This document shows positions 42,554 through 53,345 of a stretch of 64,000 bases of DNA, in pieces. This DNA comes from Bryobacterales bacterium (GTDB lineage: Bacteria > Acidobacteriota > Terriglobia > Bryobacterales > UBA6623). Below the pieces are notes generated by a model. It had not been told where the DNA came from, searched no databases, and saw nothing but the letters and a program-made list of their open reading frames with translations. The DNA is taken from assembly GCA_963422305.1 (NCBI GenBank), contig OY729422.1, positions 4,076,696 through 4,140,695 of the forward strand. Direction: 5' to 3'. Position numbers and translations under genes: made by a program. Position 1 is the stretch's first letter; every line of letters begins with the position of its first letter.

Positions 42554-45500
42554 TCAATCCGCCGCCAGGGCTGTTTGCATCACGTCTTGCTGAGCTTTGA
42601 TCAACTCGACATCCAAACAAAGCGACTGAAGCTCGCGGATTAAAACATTGAACGATTCAGGCACGCCGGGCTGCATCGCCGACTCGCCTTTCACGATCGA
42701 TTCATATATCTTGGCGCGTCCGTAAACATCGTCGGACTTCGCAGTCAACAACTCTTGCAGCACGTGAGCCGCGCCATAAGCTTCAAGCGCCCACACTTCC
42801 ATCTCGCCAAAACGCTGCCCGCCGAACTGCGCCTTGCCACCGAGAGGCTGCTGCGTGATCAGTGAGTAAGGCCCAATCGAACGGGCGTGTATCTTGTCGT
42901 CAACCAAGTGGCTGAGCTTGAGCATGTAGATGATGCCGACCGTAACATCTTGCTCAAAAGCCTCGCCTGTCAACCCGTCGAACAACTTGGTCTTGCCCGA
43001 CGACGGCAACCCCGCGGCCTCGAGTTGAGCCTTGATCAACTTTTCGCCCGGACCTTCGAACACCGGCGATGCAAACTTGACGCCAAGCAAGTAACCCGCC
43101 CAGCCGAGGTGTGTTTCAAGTATCTGGCCGACATTCATGCGGGAGGGAACGCCCAAGGGATTGAGGACGATCTCGACCGGAGTGCCGTCCGGCAAAAACG
43201 GCATATCCTCTTCCGGCAGGATGCGCGCGATGACGCCCTTGTTACCGTGGCGGCCGGCCATTTTGTCGCCGACTGAAAGCTTGCGCTTCATGGCGATATA
43301 GACCTTGACCATCTTGATGACGCCTGGCGAAAGATCGTCGCCTTTCTTGAGCTTGGCGACTCTTTCGTCGGTAAGCTTTTGGAGAACATCGATCTGACGG
43401 ATCGTCATCTCCTCGATGTCGTCGATGCGCTCGTCCATGTCGGACTCTTTGCCCTTGAACCGCAGGCGCTTGAGGTCGCGCGCCCGCATGCGTTCGAAGT
43501 GCTCGGGGCCGAGTTTGCCGCCTTTCTCCGCCAGCTTGCGGTTGGTCTTTTCATCGTGCAGATCGGCCAGAACGACCCGCCCGCCGAGCAAAGACTCAAG
43601 CCGATTGGAACGCTCATCGAAGAGAATCCGTTTTTCATCGTCGAGGTTCCGCTGCAGGCGTTCGATCGCCGCAACTTCGATCGCCCTGGCGCGCTCGTCT
43701 TTCTCAACCCCTTTCCGAGCGAAGACACCGGCGTCGACGACAATACCGGAGATGCCCGGCGGGCAATAGAGCGAAGCATCTTTGACGTCGCCCGCTTTCT
43801 CACCGAAGATCGCGCGCAGCAGTTTTTCTTCAGGAGTAAGCTGCGTTTCGCCTTTCGGCGTGACCTTGCCGACAAGGATGTCGCCCGGATTGACTTGAGC
43901 GCCGATGCGGATAATGCCGCTCTCGTCGAGATTCCTTAGAAAGCTCTCCGAAATGTTCGGAATGTCACGCGTGATCTCTTCCGGCCCCAACTTCGTATCC
44001 CGCGCTTCGGTTTCGAATTCTTCGACATGAATGGAAGTGTAGTAATCCTCCTTGACCATCTTTTCGCTGACCAGAATGGCGTCTTCGAAGTTGTACCCGC
44101 GCCAGGGCATGAAGGCTACCAGCACGTTCCGGCCAAGCGCGAGCTCGCCCTTCTCCGTGCAGGGGCCGTCGGCCAACACCTGCCCTTTCGTCACGCGCTC
44201 GCCGGCTTGAATGACCGGCTTCTGGTTGATGCATGTATTCTGGTTCGAGCGGCGGAATTTCGTGAGTTGATAAATGTCCGCGCCGACTCCGCGCGACATC
44301 TGGTCTTTGTGTCCCACTCCCTCGACGCGAACGATGAGACGCTCGGAGTCGACGGAATCAACCACGCCGTCGCGGCGGCAGATCACCACGGCGCCGGAGT
44401 CGCGAGCGGCAATCTTCTCCATGCCGGTTCCGACGATCGGAGAATCCGCGCGCAGCAGAGGAACCGCTTGGCGTTGCATATTCGATCCCATCAAGGCGCG
44501 ATTCGCATCGTCATTCTCAAGGAAGGGAATCAAACTCGCCGCCACCGAAACAAGCTGCTTCGGGCTGACATCGAGGTATTGAATTTCGGCTTTGCGCTTC
44601 AATTGGAAGTCGCCTGCAACGCGGCAATTCGCGAACTCGGGAACAATGCGCCCCTTGTCGTCAACCTGGATATTCGCCTGCGCGATAACGTAGCGGTCTT
44701 CTTCCCAGGCGGATAGATAGTCGCAATATGTTTCGTATTGCGCCTCAGTCCCGCCTTTCTTCAGCGCGGCGTTTGCCTTCACCGCCTCCTCGCGGCGCAC
44801 GATCTGACCAGGCTTGTATCCCATGCTCCCGCCCAACAAGATGCGAACCTCGTCAATCACTACGCCGTTCTCAACTTTGCGGTATGGACTCTCGATAAAG
44901 CCGTACTGATTGATGCGTGCAAAGCACGACAGCGAGCTGATCAGACCGATATTCGGACCCTCGGGCGTCTCGATAGGGCAGATGCGTCCGTAGTGCGTCG
45001 GATGAACGTCGCGCACCTCGAAGCCTGCGCGCTCACGCGACAGACCGCCGGGACCCAATGCCGACAAACGCCGCTTGTGAGTAATTTCCGATAGCGGGTT
45101 GGTCTGGTCCATGAACTGTGAAAGCTGCGAAGAACCGAAAAACTCGCGAATCGCGGCCATTACCGGCTTGGTGTTAATCAAGTCGTGAGGCATGGCGGTC
45201 GACAATTCTTGATAGACCGATATTTTTTCCTTCATCGCCCGCTCCATGCGGACCAGGCCGATACGGAATTGATTCTCCAGCAACTCGCCGACCGCGCGGA
45301 CGCGGCGATTGCCGAGATGATCGATATCGTCGACCTCGCCGATTCCGCGACGCAGTTTCAACAGATACCGGATCGTGTCATAGAAGTCGACTGCTTCAAG
45401 AGTTCTCGAATCGAGCGAAGTCGCGTCTATATCGCCCTTCAACTTGATGTTGAGCTTCATGCGCCCGACACGCGAGAAGTCGTACTTACGCGAGTCGAAG

Positions 45501-46867
45501 AACATCCCGCGAAAGAGTTGGTACGCCGTCTCATGCGTCGGCGGATCGCCCGGACGCAACTTACGATAGATCTCGATCAACGCCTCCTGCTGCGTCTTAA
45601 CGGTGTCTTTCTTGAGCGTCTCGGAGAGCACGACACCGCACTCATCCGTTTCGGGAAAAATCAGATCGAATGAGGCGATACCCGCTTCGATCACCGCGGC
45701 AATGCGCTCGACAGAAGCTTCGTTATTGGCTTCGCCGAGTACATCGCCGGTTTTGGTATTCACGACGTCAGCCGCAAAGACCGCGCCATCGAACTCCGAG
45801 GGCAGAGCCGGCAAGTCTTCGATGCCCGCTGCCTGGATTTGCTGCAACAGATGCGGTGTGACTTTGCGGCCCTTCCGCCCGATGACCTTAGAACCGCTCT
45901 TGATGTCGCTTGCTAGGCGTGTACCGAGCAAGTTCTCCGAAACCTTGCGCGTCAACTTCGCTGCGCCGCTCACGTGAATTGTGTCGGTTTTGTAGAACTT
46001 TTTGAGAATTGCTTCGTCTGTATCCAGTCCCAGAGCGCGCAGAAAAACCGTGCCCAGGAATTTGCGCTTGCGGTCGATGCGGATGTGCAGAAGGTTCTTT
46101 TGGTCGTACTCGAACTCAACCCAGCTTCCGCGGTAAGGAATGATCTTCCCCAGGAAGTAGGTGCGGCGGTTGGCCGATTCGAAGAACACGCCCGGCGAGC
46201 GGTGGAGCTGCGAAACGATCACGCGCTCGGTGCCGCTGATGATGAACGTGCCGTTCTTCGTCATCAACGGAATTTCGCCGAAGAAGACTTCTTGCTCTTT
46301 GATGTCGCGGATCGATTTTTTGCCCGTGCCGGAGTCTTTTTCGTAAACGGTCAGATTGATCGTCACCTTGAGCGGCGCAGCGAATGTCATGCCACGCTCC
46401 TGACATTCATCCACGTCGTATTTAAGAATCGTATTGACCGGGTCGCCACACTTGGGGCAAAACGTGACACTGTTCGCGGTCAAGCTGCTGCAAGCGCCGC
46501 ACATGACCTGAGACGAACCCAGTGGGTCGGTCTTGATCGTCTTTCCGCAATGCCCGCAAGTCGTGCGCAGATGATGGAGGCCGCGCAGATAGCCGCAGTT
46601 ACACTCCCAATCGCCGATCGAGTAATTGACGAACTCCAGCTTGCTCAGGCCACGGAAATCGGTAATCGGGAAAACGGAATTGAACACCGCCTGCAGGCCG
46701 ACGTCGTCGCGCTCGCTCGGCAGCAGATCCGCCTGGAGGAAGCGGATGTAGGAATCCCGCTGAACCTCGATCAGATTCGGAATCGGAATCGCTGTCCGAA
46801 TCGAAGAAAAATCATGCCGCGAAGCAGTGGAAGCATCAGCGGTTAAAGCATTAGAGGCAGCAGCCAT
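42554..46867 (-). CDS. rpoB: DNA-directed RNA polymerase subunit beta (with lineage-specific Cys-rich insertion)
   Basis: [16 protein letters not shown], ...[12 protein letters not shown]..., ...[21 protein letters not shown]. 1437 aa. Confidence 0.95.
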   Translation of the reverse strand: MAAASNALTADASTASRHDFSSIRTAIPIPNLIEVQRDSYIRFLQADLLPSERDDVGLQAVFNSVFPITDFRGLSKLEFVNYSIGDWECNCGYLRGLHHLRTTCGHCGKTIKTDPLGSSQVMCGACSSLTANSVTFCPKCGDPVNTILKYDVDECQERGMTFAAPLKVTINLTVYEKDSGTGKKSIRDIKEQEVFFGEIPLMTKNGTFIISGTERVIVSQLHRSPGVFFESANRRTYFLGKIIPYRGSWVEFEYDQKNLLHIRIDRKRKFLGTVFLRALGLDTDEAILKKFYKTDTIHVSGAAKLTRKVSENLLGTRLASDIKSGSKVIGRKGRKVTPHLLQQIQAAGIEDLPALPSEFDGAVFAADVVNTKTGDVLGEANNEASVERIAAVIEAGIASFDLIFPETDECGVVLSETLKKDTVKTQQEALIEIYRKLRPGDPPTHETAYQLFRGMFFDSRKYDFSRVGRMKLNIKLKGDIDATSLDSRTLEAVDFYDTIRYLLKLRRGIGEVDDIDHLGNRRVRAVGELLENQFRIGLVRMERAMKEKISVYQELSTAMPHDLINTKPVMAAIREFFGSSQLSQFMDQTNPLSEITHKRRLSALGPGGLSRERAGFEVRDVHPTHYGRICPIETPEGPNIGLISSLSCFARINQYGFIESPYRKVENGVVIDEVRILLGGSMGYKPGQIVRREEAVKANAALKKGGTEAQYETYCDYLSAWEEDRYVIAQANIQVDDKGRIVPEFANCRVAGDFQLKRKAEIQYLDVSPKQLVSVAASLIPFLENDDANRALMGSNMQRQAVPLLRADSPIVGTGMEKIAARDSGAVVICRRDGVVDSVDSERLIVRVEGVGHKDQMSRGVGADIYQLTKFRRSNQNTCINQKPVIQAGERVTKGQVLADGPCTEKGELALGRNVLVAFMPWRGYNFEDAILVSEKMVKEDYYTSIHVEEFETEARDTKLGPEEITRDIPNISESFLRNLDESGIIRIGAQVNPGDILVGKVTPKGETQLTPEEKLLRAIFGEKAGDVKDASLYCPPGISGIVVDAGVFARKGVEKDERARAIEVAAIERLQRNLDDEKRILFDERSNRLESLLGGRVVLADLHDEKTNRKLAEKGGKLGPEHFERMRARDLKRLRFKGKESDMDERIDDIEEMTIRQIDVLQKLTDERVAKLKKGDDLSPGVIKMVKVYIAMKRKLSVGDKMAGRHGNKGVIARILPEEDMPFLPDGTPVEIVLNPLGVPSRMNVGQILETHLGWAGYLLGVKFASPVFEGPGEKLIKAQLEAAGLPSSGKTKLFDGLTGEAFEQDVTVGIIYMLKLSHLVDDKIHARSIGPYSLITQQPLGGKAQFGGQRFGEMEVWALEAYGAAHVLQELLTAKSDDVYGRAKIYESIVKGESAMQPGVPESFNVLIRELQSLCLDVELIKAQQDVMQTALAAD

Positions 46868-47008
46868 CGTTCTGTCTTACTCCCGACCTGAGTCAGGCCG
46901 CCCTGCGACGGCCTACGGGTCCGTTGGTTAAGCCGGCCACCGTCTCTCGGCGCCGTATCCCCGCGCCGATTGGAGACGGCAATTCGTTTGGCAAGAGCCA
47001 AAGGAACT

Positions 47009-47040
47009 AAAAAAACGGCCTGATCCACGAGTCCAAGCCG
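47009..47040 (-). terminator. Intrinsic terminator/attenuator-like hairpin + U7 about 140 nt upstream of rpoB
   Basis: The minus strand reads CGGCUUGG-ACUCGUGGA-UCAGGCCG (8 bp including 2 G-U pairs) followed by UUUUUUU. Confidence 0.5.
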
Positions 47041-47200
47041 AAGTGATGGAATCGACGACAACAGAAGCAGGCATCACTCCCCTTCACGTACAGTCTTTCT
47101 CATCGACAGAAGCTGATTGCAACAACCGTAGAGCACTCAAGCTGACAGCTGCTAGGCACACCTGCACCGACAGTGTAGAGTTTAACAAACTCTTACATGT

Positions 47201-47240
47201 GAAAGCAAAACCCGCTGCCGGATCCGAAAATCCGGCAGCG
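47201..47240 (-). terminator. Intrinsic terminator/attenuator 50 nt downstream of rplL
   Basis: The minus strand reads CGCUGCCGGAU-UUCG-GUCCGGCAGCG-type hairpin (gctgccggat/atccggcagc). The stem is 10-12 bp with a UUCG tetraloop and is followed by GGUUUUGCUUUC. Confidence 0.7.
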
Positions 47241-47289
47241 CCTGGAAAAATCGACGGCCACATTGACAACCTTCAGGGTCACCCACCGC

Positions 47290-47667
47290 CTATTTGATCT
47301 CGACTTCCGCTCCCACAGCAGCGAGCTTGTCCTTGATTTCTTCGGCTTCTTCCTTCGTAACGCCCTCTTTGACGGGCTTCGGCGCGCTATCGACGAAATC
47401 CTTTGCTTCCTTCAGTCCCAGCCCGGTGATCTCACGGATCGCTTTGATCGTCTTGATTTTGTTGGCGCCGTGGCCGGTCAGGACTACAGCGAACTCCGTC
47501 TGCTCAGCGGCCGCTTCCGCGGAACCGCCGTCCGCCACGCCCGGGACTGCCGCTACCGCCGCCGCGGCGGAAACGCCTAAATCTTCTTCCAACTTCTTTA
47601 CCAAGTCAGCGGCTTCCATCAAGGTCAGTCCCTTGATCGATTCCGCGATTACACTAATATCCGCCAT
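47290..47667 (-). CDS. rplL: 50S ribosomal protein L7/L12
   Basis: [32 protein letters not shown]...[25 protein letters not shown] lies 8 nt upstream of ATG 47667. Confidence 0.95.
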   Translation of the reverse strand: MADISVIAESIKGLTLMEAADLVKKLEEDLGVSAAAAVAAVPGVADGGSAEAAAEQTEFAVVLTGHGANKIKTIKAIREITGLGLKEAKDFVDSAPKPVKEGVTKEEAEEIKDKLAAVGAEVEIK

Positions 47668-47754
47668 AGTCATCACTCCTTCGGATTAAAACTCCAAAAC
47701 TTACTCCAACTCCCCGCCGGCGAGGAGCAGAGAACTCAATCCGTCTCCGCCGCC

Positions 47755-48282
47755 TTACGCGGCGAACTTCTCCTCCTGAACGCCTTGGTCGACGACGATC
47801 GAAAGATCGCGCGAGGGCGCTTTGATCACACGCAGCAACCGCTGCGCCGGAGCATTCAGCAGGTATAGCAATTTCGCATAGACGCCTTCGCGGCCCGGCA
47901 GCTTCGACAGCTCGTTGAGGGCGTCGATATCGAGCACCCGCCCCTCGACCACGCCGGCCGTAAATGAAAATGCGTCGTGGCTCTCGGCATAATCGGCAAG
48001 CGCCTTCAACATATCTATCGGATCCTCGCCGGCAAAGGCCAGAGCGGTCATGCCGATCTGCTCGGCCAACGGAGCCTCGAACGCCGTATCCTTCGCGGCG
48101 AGCTTGGCCAATCGGTTGGGAACCACTCGGTAGCGCCCGCCTTTGGCGCGAATTTCGTTGCGCAGGGCTTCCGCGTCGGCAACATTCAACCCATCGAACT
48201 TGCAGATCACGACTGTCGGAGACTTTTCGAACTCGCCACATAGGGAGCCGACTTCCCGCTCTTTGACCGCTTTCGCTTTCAT
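47755..48282 (-). CDS. rplJ: 50S ribosomal protein L10
   Basis: 175 aa, ...[39 protein letters not shown]. Its ATG overlaps the rplA stop (ATGA). Confidence 0.9.
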   Translation of the reverse strand: MKAKAVKEREVGSLCGEFEKSPTVVICKFDGLNVADAEALRNEIRAKGGRYRVVPNRLAKLAAKDTAFEAPLAEQIGMTALAFAGEDPIDMLKALADYAESHDAFSFTAGVVEGRVLDIDALNELSKLPGREGVYAKLLYLLNAPAQRLLRVIKAPSRDLSIVVDQGVQEEKFAA

Positions 48283-48986
48283 TGCGCCGCCCCCTGCTGC
48301 TTGTCGATGTCGGCAATGTTCAAAGCCATTGACGGGCTCATTGTTGAACAGATCGTCACACTGTTGACGTAACGCCCCTTTGCCGCGGACGGCTTCGCTT
48401 TGATCACCGCCAGAATCAATGTACGGGCATTTTCAACGAGCTTGTCGCGCACGAACCCCAGTTTGCCTACAGGGGCGTGGATGACCGCTCCCTTGTCCAC
48501 GCGGAACTCCACTTTACCGGCCTTGATCTCATGGACCGCGCTCGTAACGTCCATTGTCACGGTGCCGGTCTTCGGGTTCGGCATCAGCCCCCGCGGCCCC
48601 AGTATGCGGCCCAGTTTACCGACGAACTTCATCATGTCAGGCGTTGCGACGACTGCATCGAAGCCCAGCCAGTTTTCTTTCTGAATCCTGGCAATAACGT
48701 TTTCGCCGCCGACAAAGTCGGCCCCGGCCGCTTCGGCTTCTTTTACCTTTTCGCCTTGCGCGATCACCAGCACCCGCCTTGTTGCCCCCAGGCCGTGCGG
48801 CAGCACGATAGTGCCACGCACCATCTGATCGGCGTGGCGTGGGTCGATGCCGAGATTCATATGCACCTCGACCGTCTCGTCGAACTTCGAAATCTTGTTT
48901 TCCTGAAGCAGCGAGATCGCCTCCGGCAATACGTAAACGCGATCTTCGATTTTGTCCGCGAAAGCGCGATACTTCTTTCCCGCCAT
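48279..48986 (-). CDS. rplA: 50S ribosomal protein L1
   Basis: [13 protein letters not shown]...[31 protein letters not shown]... Confidence 0.95.
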   Translation of the reverse strand: MAGKKYRAFADKIEDRVYVLPEAISLLQENKISKFDETVEVHMNLGIDPRHADQMVRGTIVLPHGLGATRRVLVIAQGEKVKEAEAAGADFVGGENVIARIQKENWLGFDAVVATPDMMKFVGKLGRILGPRGLMPNPKTGTVTMDVTSAVHEIKAGKVEFRVDKGAVIHAPVGKLGFVRDKLVENARTLILAVIKAKPSAAKGRYVNSVTICSTMSPSMALNIADIDKQQGAAQ

Positions 48987-49069
48987 AGATTACCTTGGTC
49001 CGAACGGCCCACGCGACATCGAAAAAGTTCCCTACGATGTCCGCGGATCCTCCCACGGAACTGGAATTC

Positions 49070-49501
49070 CTATTGTAGCACCTCGACGCCCATGCTGCGG
49101 GCGGTCCCTTTGACGCATTCCACCGCCTGCTTGACGGTGTAGCAATTGAGGTCGGGCATCTTTTGCCTGGAGATTTCCTCGACCTGCGCGAACGTCAACG
49201 TCCCCACTTTGTTGCGGTTGGGCTCGCCGGAGCCTTTTGCCAAATTCGCGGCGCGCTTGATCAGCACGGCAGTCGGCGGCGTTTTCGTAACGAACTCGTA
49301 AGTCCGATCTACAAAAACAGTAATGACCACGGGTACGATCAGACCGTCCAATTCGGGCTTGGACGTCCGCGCGTTGAACGCCTTGCAGAAATCCATGATG
49401 TTGATGCCCGCCTGACCGAGCGCTGGACCCACCGGAGGAGCCGGAGTCGCTTTGCCGGCCATGACCTGCAGCTTCAACAACCCCTGTACCTTTTTCGCCA
49501 T
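49070..49501 (-). CDS. rplK: 50S ribosomal protein L11
   Basis: [44 protein letters not shown]. Confidence 0.95.
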   Translation of the reverse strand: MAKKVQGLLKLQVMAGKATPAPPVGPALGQAGINIMDFCKAFNARTSKPELDGLIVPVVITVFVDRTYEFVTKTPPTAVLIKRAANLAKGSGEPNRNKVGTLTFAQVEEISRQKMPDLNCYTVKQAVECVKGTARSMGVEVLQ

Positions 49502-49550
49502 CGTTATTATTCCTTCAAGCCCGATTCGGATCTTTTTCGGCCGCGCGACG

Positions 49551-50210
49551 CTAGCTTTCCTTCTCTACCTGAAAGTATTCCAGCTCGACCGGAGTCCCGC
49601 GTCCGAAGATCGTTACCATCACTTTCACTGTGCTGCGGTCTTCGTTGACTTCCTCGACGGCGCCGCTAAAGCTCGCAAACGGACCGTCGACAATTTTGAC
49701 GCGGTCGTTGCGCGAGAACTCCATCTTCGGCCGCGGCCGTTCCGCCGACGTGATCTGGCGGTGCAGAATCTGATTGACCTCATCGGGCGTGAGCGGTTGC
49801 GGATCGTGACCGCCCCCGACAAAGCCCGTCACGCGCGGCGTGTTCTTGATCACATGCCAGAGCTCGTCATCGAGCTCAAGCTGCACCAGCACATAACCCG
49901 GATAGAGCAGCCGCTTCGATGTCACCTTTTTGCCGTTGCGCATTTCAATGACATCTTCGGTAGGAATAAGGATTTCGCCTACTCTTTCCGCGAATCCGAA
50001 CGATTCAGCGCGCGTTTTAAGGCTTTCTTTCACCTTGTTTTCGAAGCCGGAATAGGTGTGAATGATGTACCAATCGACGCGCGGACCGCCCTTGGATGCC
50101 TCGGCCGCACCTTTAACTGCATCCTCCGCATCGGCGGACTGCCCGGCCGACACCGCAGATGCGGCAACCGGCGGCTGATTTCGGATGTTTTCGCTATTGC
50201 TTTCGCTCAC
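49551..50210 (-). CDS. nusG: Transcription termination/antitermination factor NusG (with ~44-aa low-complexity N-terminal extension)
   Basis: [19 protein letters not shown] (NGN domain) and a C-terminal KOW ([24 protein letters not shown]). The start is set at GTG 50210, after GAGGAAAG and 19 nt after the secE stop. Confidence 0.9.
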   Translation of the reverse strand: MSESNSENIRNQPPVAASAVSAGQSADAEDAVKGAAEASKGGPRVDWYIIHTYSGFENKVKESLKTRAESFGFAERVGEILIPTEDVIEMRNGKKVTSKRLLYPGYVLVQLELDDELWHVIKNTPRVTGFVGGGHDPQPLTPDEVNQILHRQITSAERPRPKMEFSRNDRVKIVDGPFASFSGAVEEVNEDRSTVKVMVTIFGRGTPVELEYFQVEKES

Positions 50211-50229
50211 GGTTCTTTCCTCGACCCCT

Positions 50230-50469
50230 CTATGTAAAGGACTGGTAGAGCATCCGCTGACCCCAAGCCAAAACATAATCGACGACGCCGAAATAAATTG
50301 CGAACGCGAACACCGTGACCAACACGACCATCGTGGTCGCCTGTACCTGTTCACGGTTCGGCCAGGTCACGAGCCGCACTTCTCTCATGACGCCGTCGAG
50401 GTGGTTGCGCATGCGGTCGGGAAGACCGGCCTTCGCTTGCTGCCTCTTGAGTGATTTGTCCTTGGCCAT
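50230..50469 (-). CDS. secE: Preprotein translocase subunit SecE
   Basis: 79 aa with a single C-terminal TM. ...MREVRLVTWPNREQVQATTMVVLVTVFAFAIYFGVVD. It sits in the canonical position before nusG. Confidence 0.9.
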   Translation of the reverse strand: MAKDKSLKRQQAKAGLPDRMRNHLDGVMREVRLVTWPNREQVQATTMVVLVTVFAFAIYFGVVDYVLAWGQRMLYQSFT

Positions 50470-50550
50470 GGTTGCCGCTATCCCTTCTCAAGCTTTCCAC
50501 TCCCACCCTCGCCGGGCGTTCCCGCCACTACCGCCGTCGACCGGGAAAAC

Positions 50551-50624
50551 TGGCAGGGGCGGAGGGAATCGAACCCCCATTGGCGGTTTTGGAGACCGCT
50601 GGTTTACCGTTAACCGACGCCCCT
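50551..50624 (-). tRNA. tRNA-Trp (anticodon CCA), CCA-3' encoded
   Basis: Reverse complement: AGGGGCG-TC-GGTT-AACGGTA-AACC-A-GCGGT-CTCCAAA-ACCGC-CAAT-GGGGG-TTCGATT-CCCTC-CGCCCCT-G-CCA. It folds by hand into a full cloverleaf, in the canonical rpmG/secE position. Confidence 0.9.
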
Positions 50625-50646
50625 CGATTCGCCGGCTCTTCTTAGC

Positions 50647-50799
50647 TTACTTCACCTCGCGGTGGAGCGTATGCTTGCGGAGCCTTGGCGAGTACTTCAT
50701 CATCTCCAGCCTCCCGGACTGCTTTTTCTTGTTCTTCGTTGTCGTGTAGTTCCTGTCCTTCGTTTCGGTGCATTGCAGCGTAACGATTTCTCTTGACAT
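50647..50799 (-). CDS. rpmG: 50S ribosomal protein L33
   Basis: Below the ORF-track size cutoff. My translation is [50 protein letters not shown] (50 aa). AGGAGG lies upstream. Confidence 0.9.
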   Translation of the reverse strand: MSREIVTLQCTETKDRNYTTTKNKKKQSGRLEMMKYSPRLRKHTLHREVK

Positions 50800-50820
50800 T
50801 TCCGAGTCCTCCTGATTCCT

Positions 50821-52011
<1,191 letters not shown>

Positions 52012-52059
52012 CTCTCTTTCCCCTCTTGCTGACTCACTAAAAATCCTTCGCTAAATCGC

Positions 52060-52146
52060 TGGTGGACGGGGAAGGATTCGAACCTTCGTAGGGCGTAGCC
52101 CGACAGATTTACAGTCTGTTGCCTTTGACCGCTCGGCCACCCGTCC
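52060..52146 (-). tRNA. tRNA-Tyr (anticodon GTA), class II long variable arm, CCA-3' encoded
   Basis: Reverse complement: GGACGGG-TG-GCCGAGCGGTCAAAGGC-A-ACAGA-CTGTAAA-TCTGT-CGGGCTACGCCCTAC-GAAGG-TTCGAAT-CCTTC-CCCGTCC-A-CCA. Confidence 0.9.
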
Positions 52147-52343
52147 GCAATGTCTTTTAGTTGACCGGACTCTTGAAGTAGAACCCTGCACAGCATTTAT
52201 CCGCGGACGCCGGCGCGCCGAGCCGCAAGATCGAGCCAAACGGATTACCTCTCCTCGACTGCCGGCCCGACCGACCGGCAGTTGGAACCGACATTCAGGA
52301 TACCCCACCAAGCCGGTGGGCCGCAACCCCGGCGGCGCGCGGA

Positions 52344-53345
52344 TCAACCGGCCGTTGACGGCGCGACAGGAACGGCAGCGATGATTTCGCGCAGGATGTC
52401 ATCCTCGGTTCGTCCCTCGGCGTGGGCGTCGAAGTTGAGGATGATGCGGTGGCGCAAAGCCGCCAGGGCCAGTTCTCTGACATCGTCGATGCTGACGTTC
52501 AGGCGGCCGCGCATGAAGGCTCGCACCCGCCCGCATTGCGCCAGAGCTTGGGCGCCCCGCGGCGAACTGCCGTAACGAATATATTTCTTCGATACTGCGT
52601 GCGCCTCGGCATGATCGGGCTGCGTCGCTAAGACCAGACTGATTGCGTAATCCCGGACGTGCGGGGCTACCAGGACTTCGGTGGAAGCGCCGCGCAGTTC
52701 CAGGATTTGTTCGCGCGTGAGCGCCGCTTCAACCACGGGCTTGCACGGCGATGACGTTCGATCGACGATTGCAGCGAGCTCGTCGCGCGCGGGATACGTC
52801 ACGAGTATTTTCAGTAAAAAGCGGTCCAACTGCGCTTCCGGCAACGGGTATGTCCCCTCCATCTCGAGTGGGTTCTGCGTTGCCATAACCAGAAACGGCT
52901 GGTCGAGCTGGTGCGTGGTAGTGCCGCTGGTGACGGTCCTCTCTTGCATTGCCTCGAGCAACGCCGACTGTGTTCGCGGGGTCGCGCGGTTGATCTCATC
53001 CGCTAGGACAAGATTCGAAAAGATGGGGCCGGGGTCGAATCGCAGCGTCTTGGCGCCGCCTTCGTCGTTATCCATCACCATGCTGCCGAGAATGTCGGCC
53101 GGCATCAAATCCGGCGTGAACTGGATACGGGAATAGTCCAGATGCAGCGCTTCGCTCAAAGTGCGCAGCAATGTCGTTTTCCCCAGACCCGGAACGCCTT
53201 CCAACAGCACATGACCGCCGGTAAGAAGAGCGGTCAGAACGCCTTCAACTACGTTTTCGTGCCCGACGATTATCTTATGGATTTCGCCGCGGACACTTTC
53301 CAGTTGGGCCGTCGCTTCCCGGACATAGGATTCAGTGTCTGTCAT
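52344..53345 (-). CDS. MoxR-family AAA+ ATPase
   Basis: HVLLEGVPGLGKTTLLRTLSEAL (Walker A), LVLADEINRATPRTQSALLEAMQE (Walker B/sensor). 333 aa, typical of AAA_3. Confidence 0.9.
   Translation of the reverse strand: MTDTESYVREATAQLESVRGEIHKIIVGHENVVEGVLTALLTGGHVLLEGVPGLGKTTLLRTLSEALHLDYSRIQFTPDLMPADILGSMVMDNDEGGAKTLRFDPGPIFSNLVLADEINRATPRTQSALLEAMQERTVTSGTTTHQLDQPFLVMATQNPLEMEGTYPLPEAQLDRFLLKILVTYPARDELAAIVDRTSSPCKPVVEAALTREQILELRGASTEVLVAPHVRDYAISLVLATQPDHAEAHAVSKKYIRYGSSPRGAQALAQCGRVRAFMRGRLNVSIDDVRELALAALRHRIILNFDAHAEGRTEDDILREIIAAVPVAPSTAG

Noticed and set aside
52147-52343. Additional tRNA genes upstream of tRNA-Tyr (the common Thr-Tyr-Gly-Thr-tuf arrangement)
   Set aside because: There is no T-loop (GTTCGAAT/GTTCGATT) or cloverleaf-compatible sequence. 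Only two GC hairpins are present, and they more likely follow the MoxR gene.
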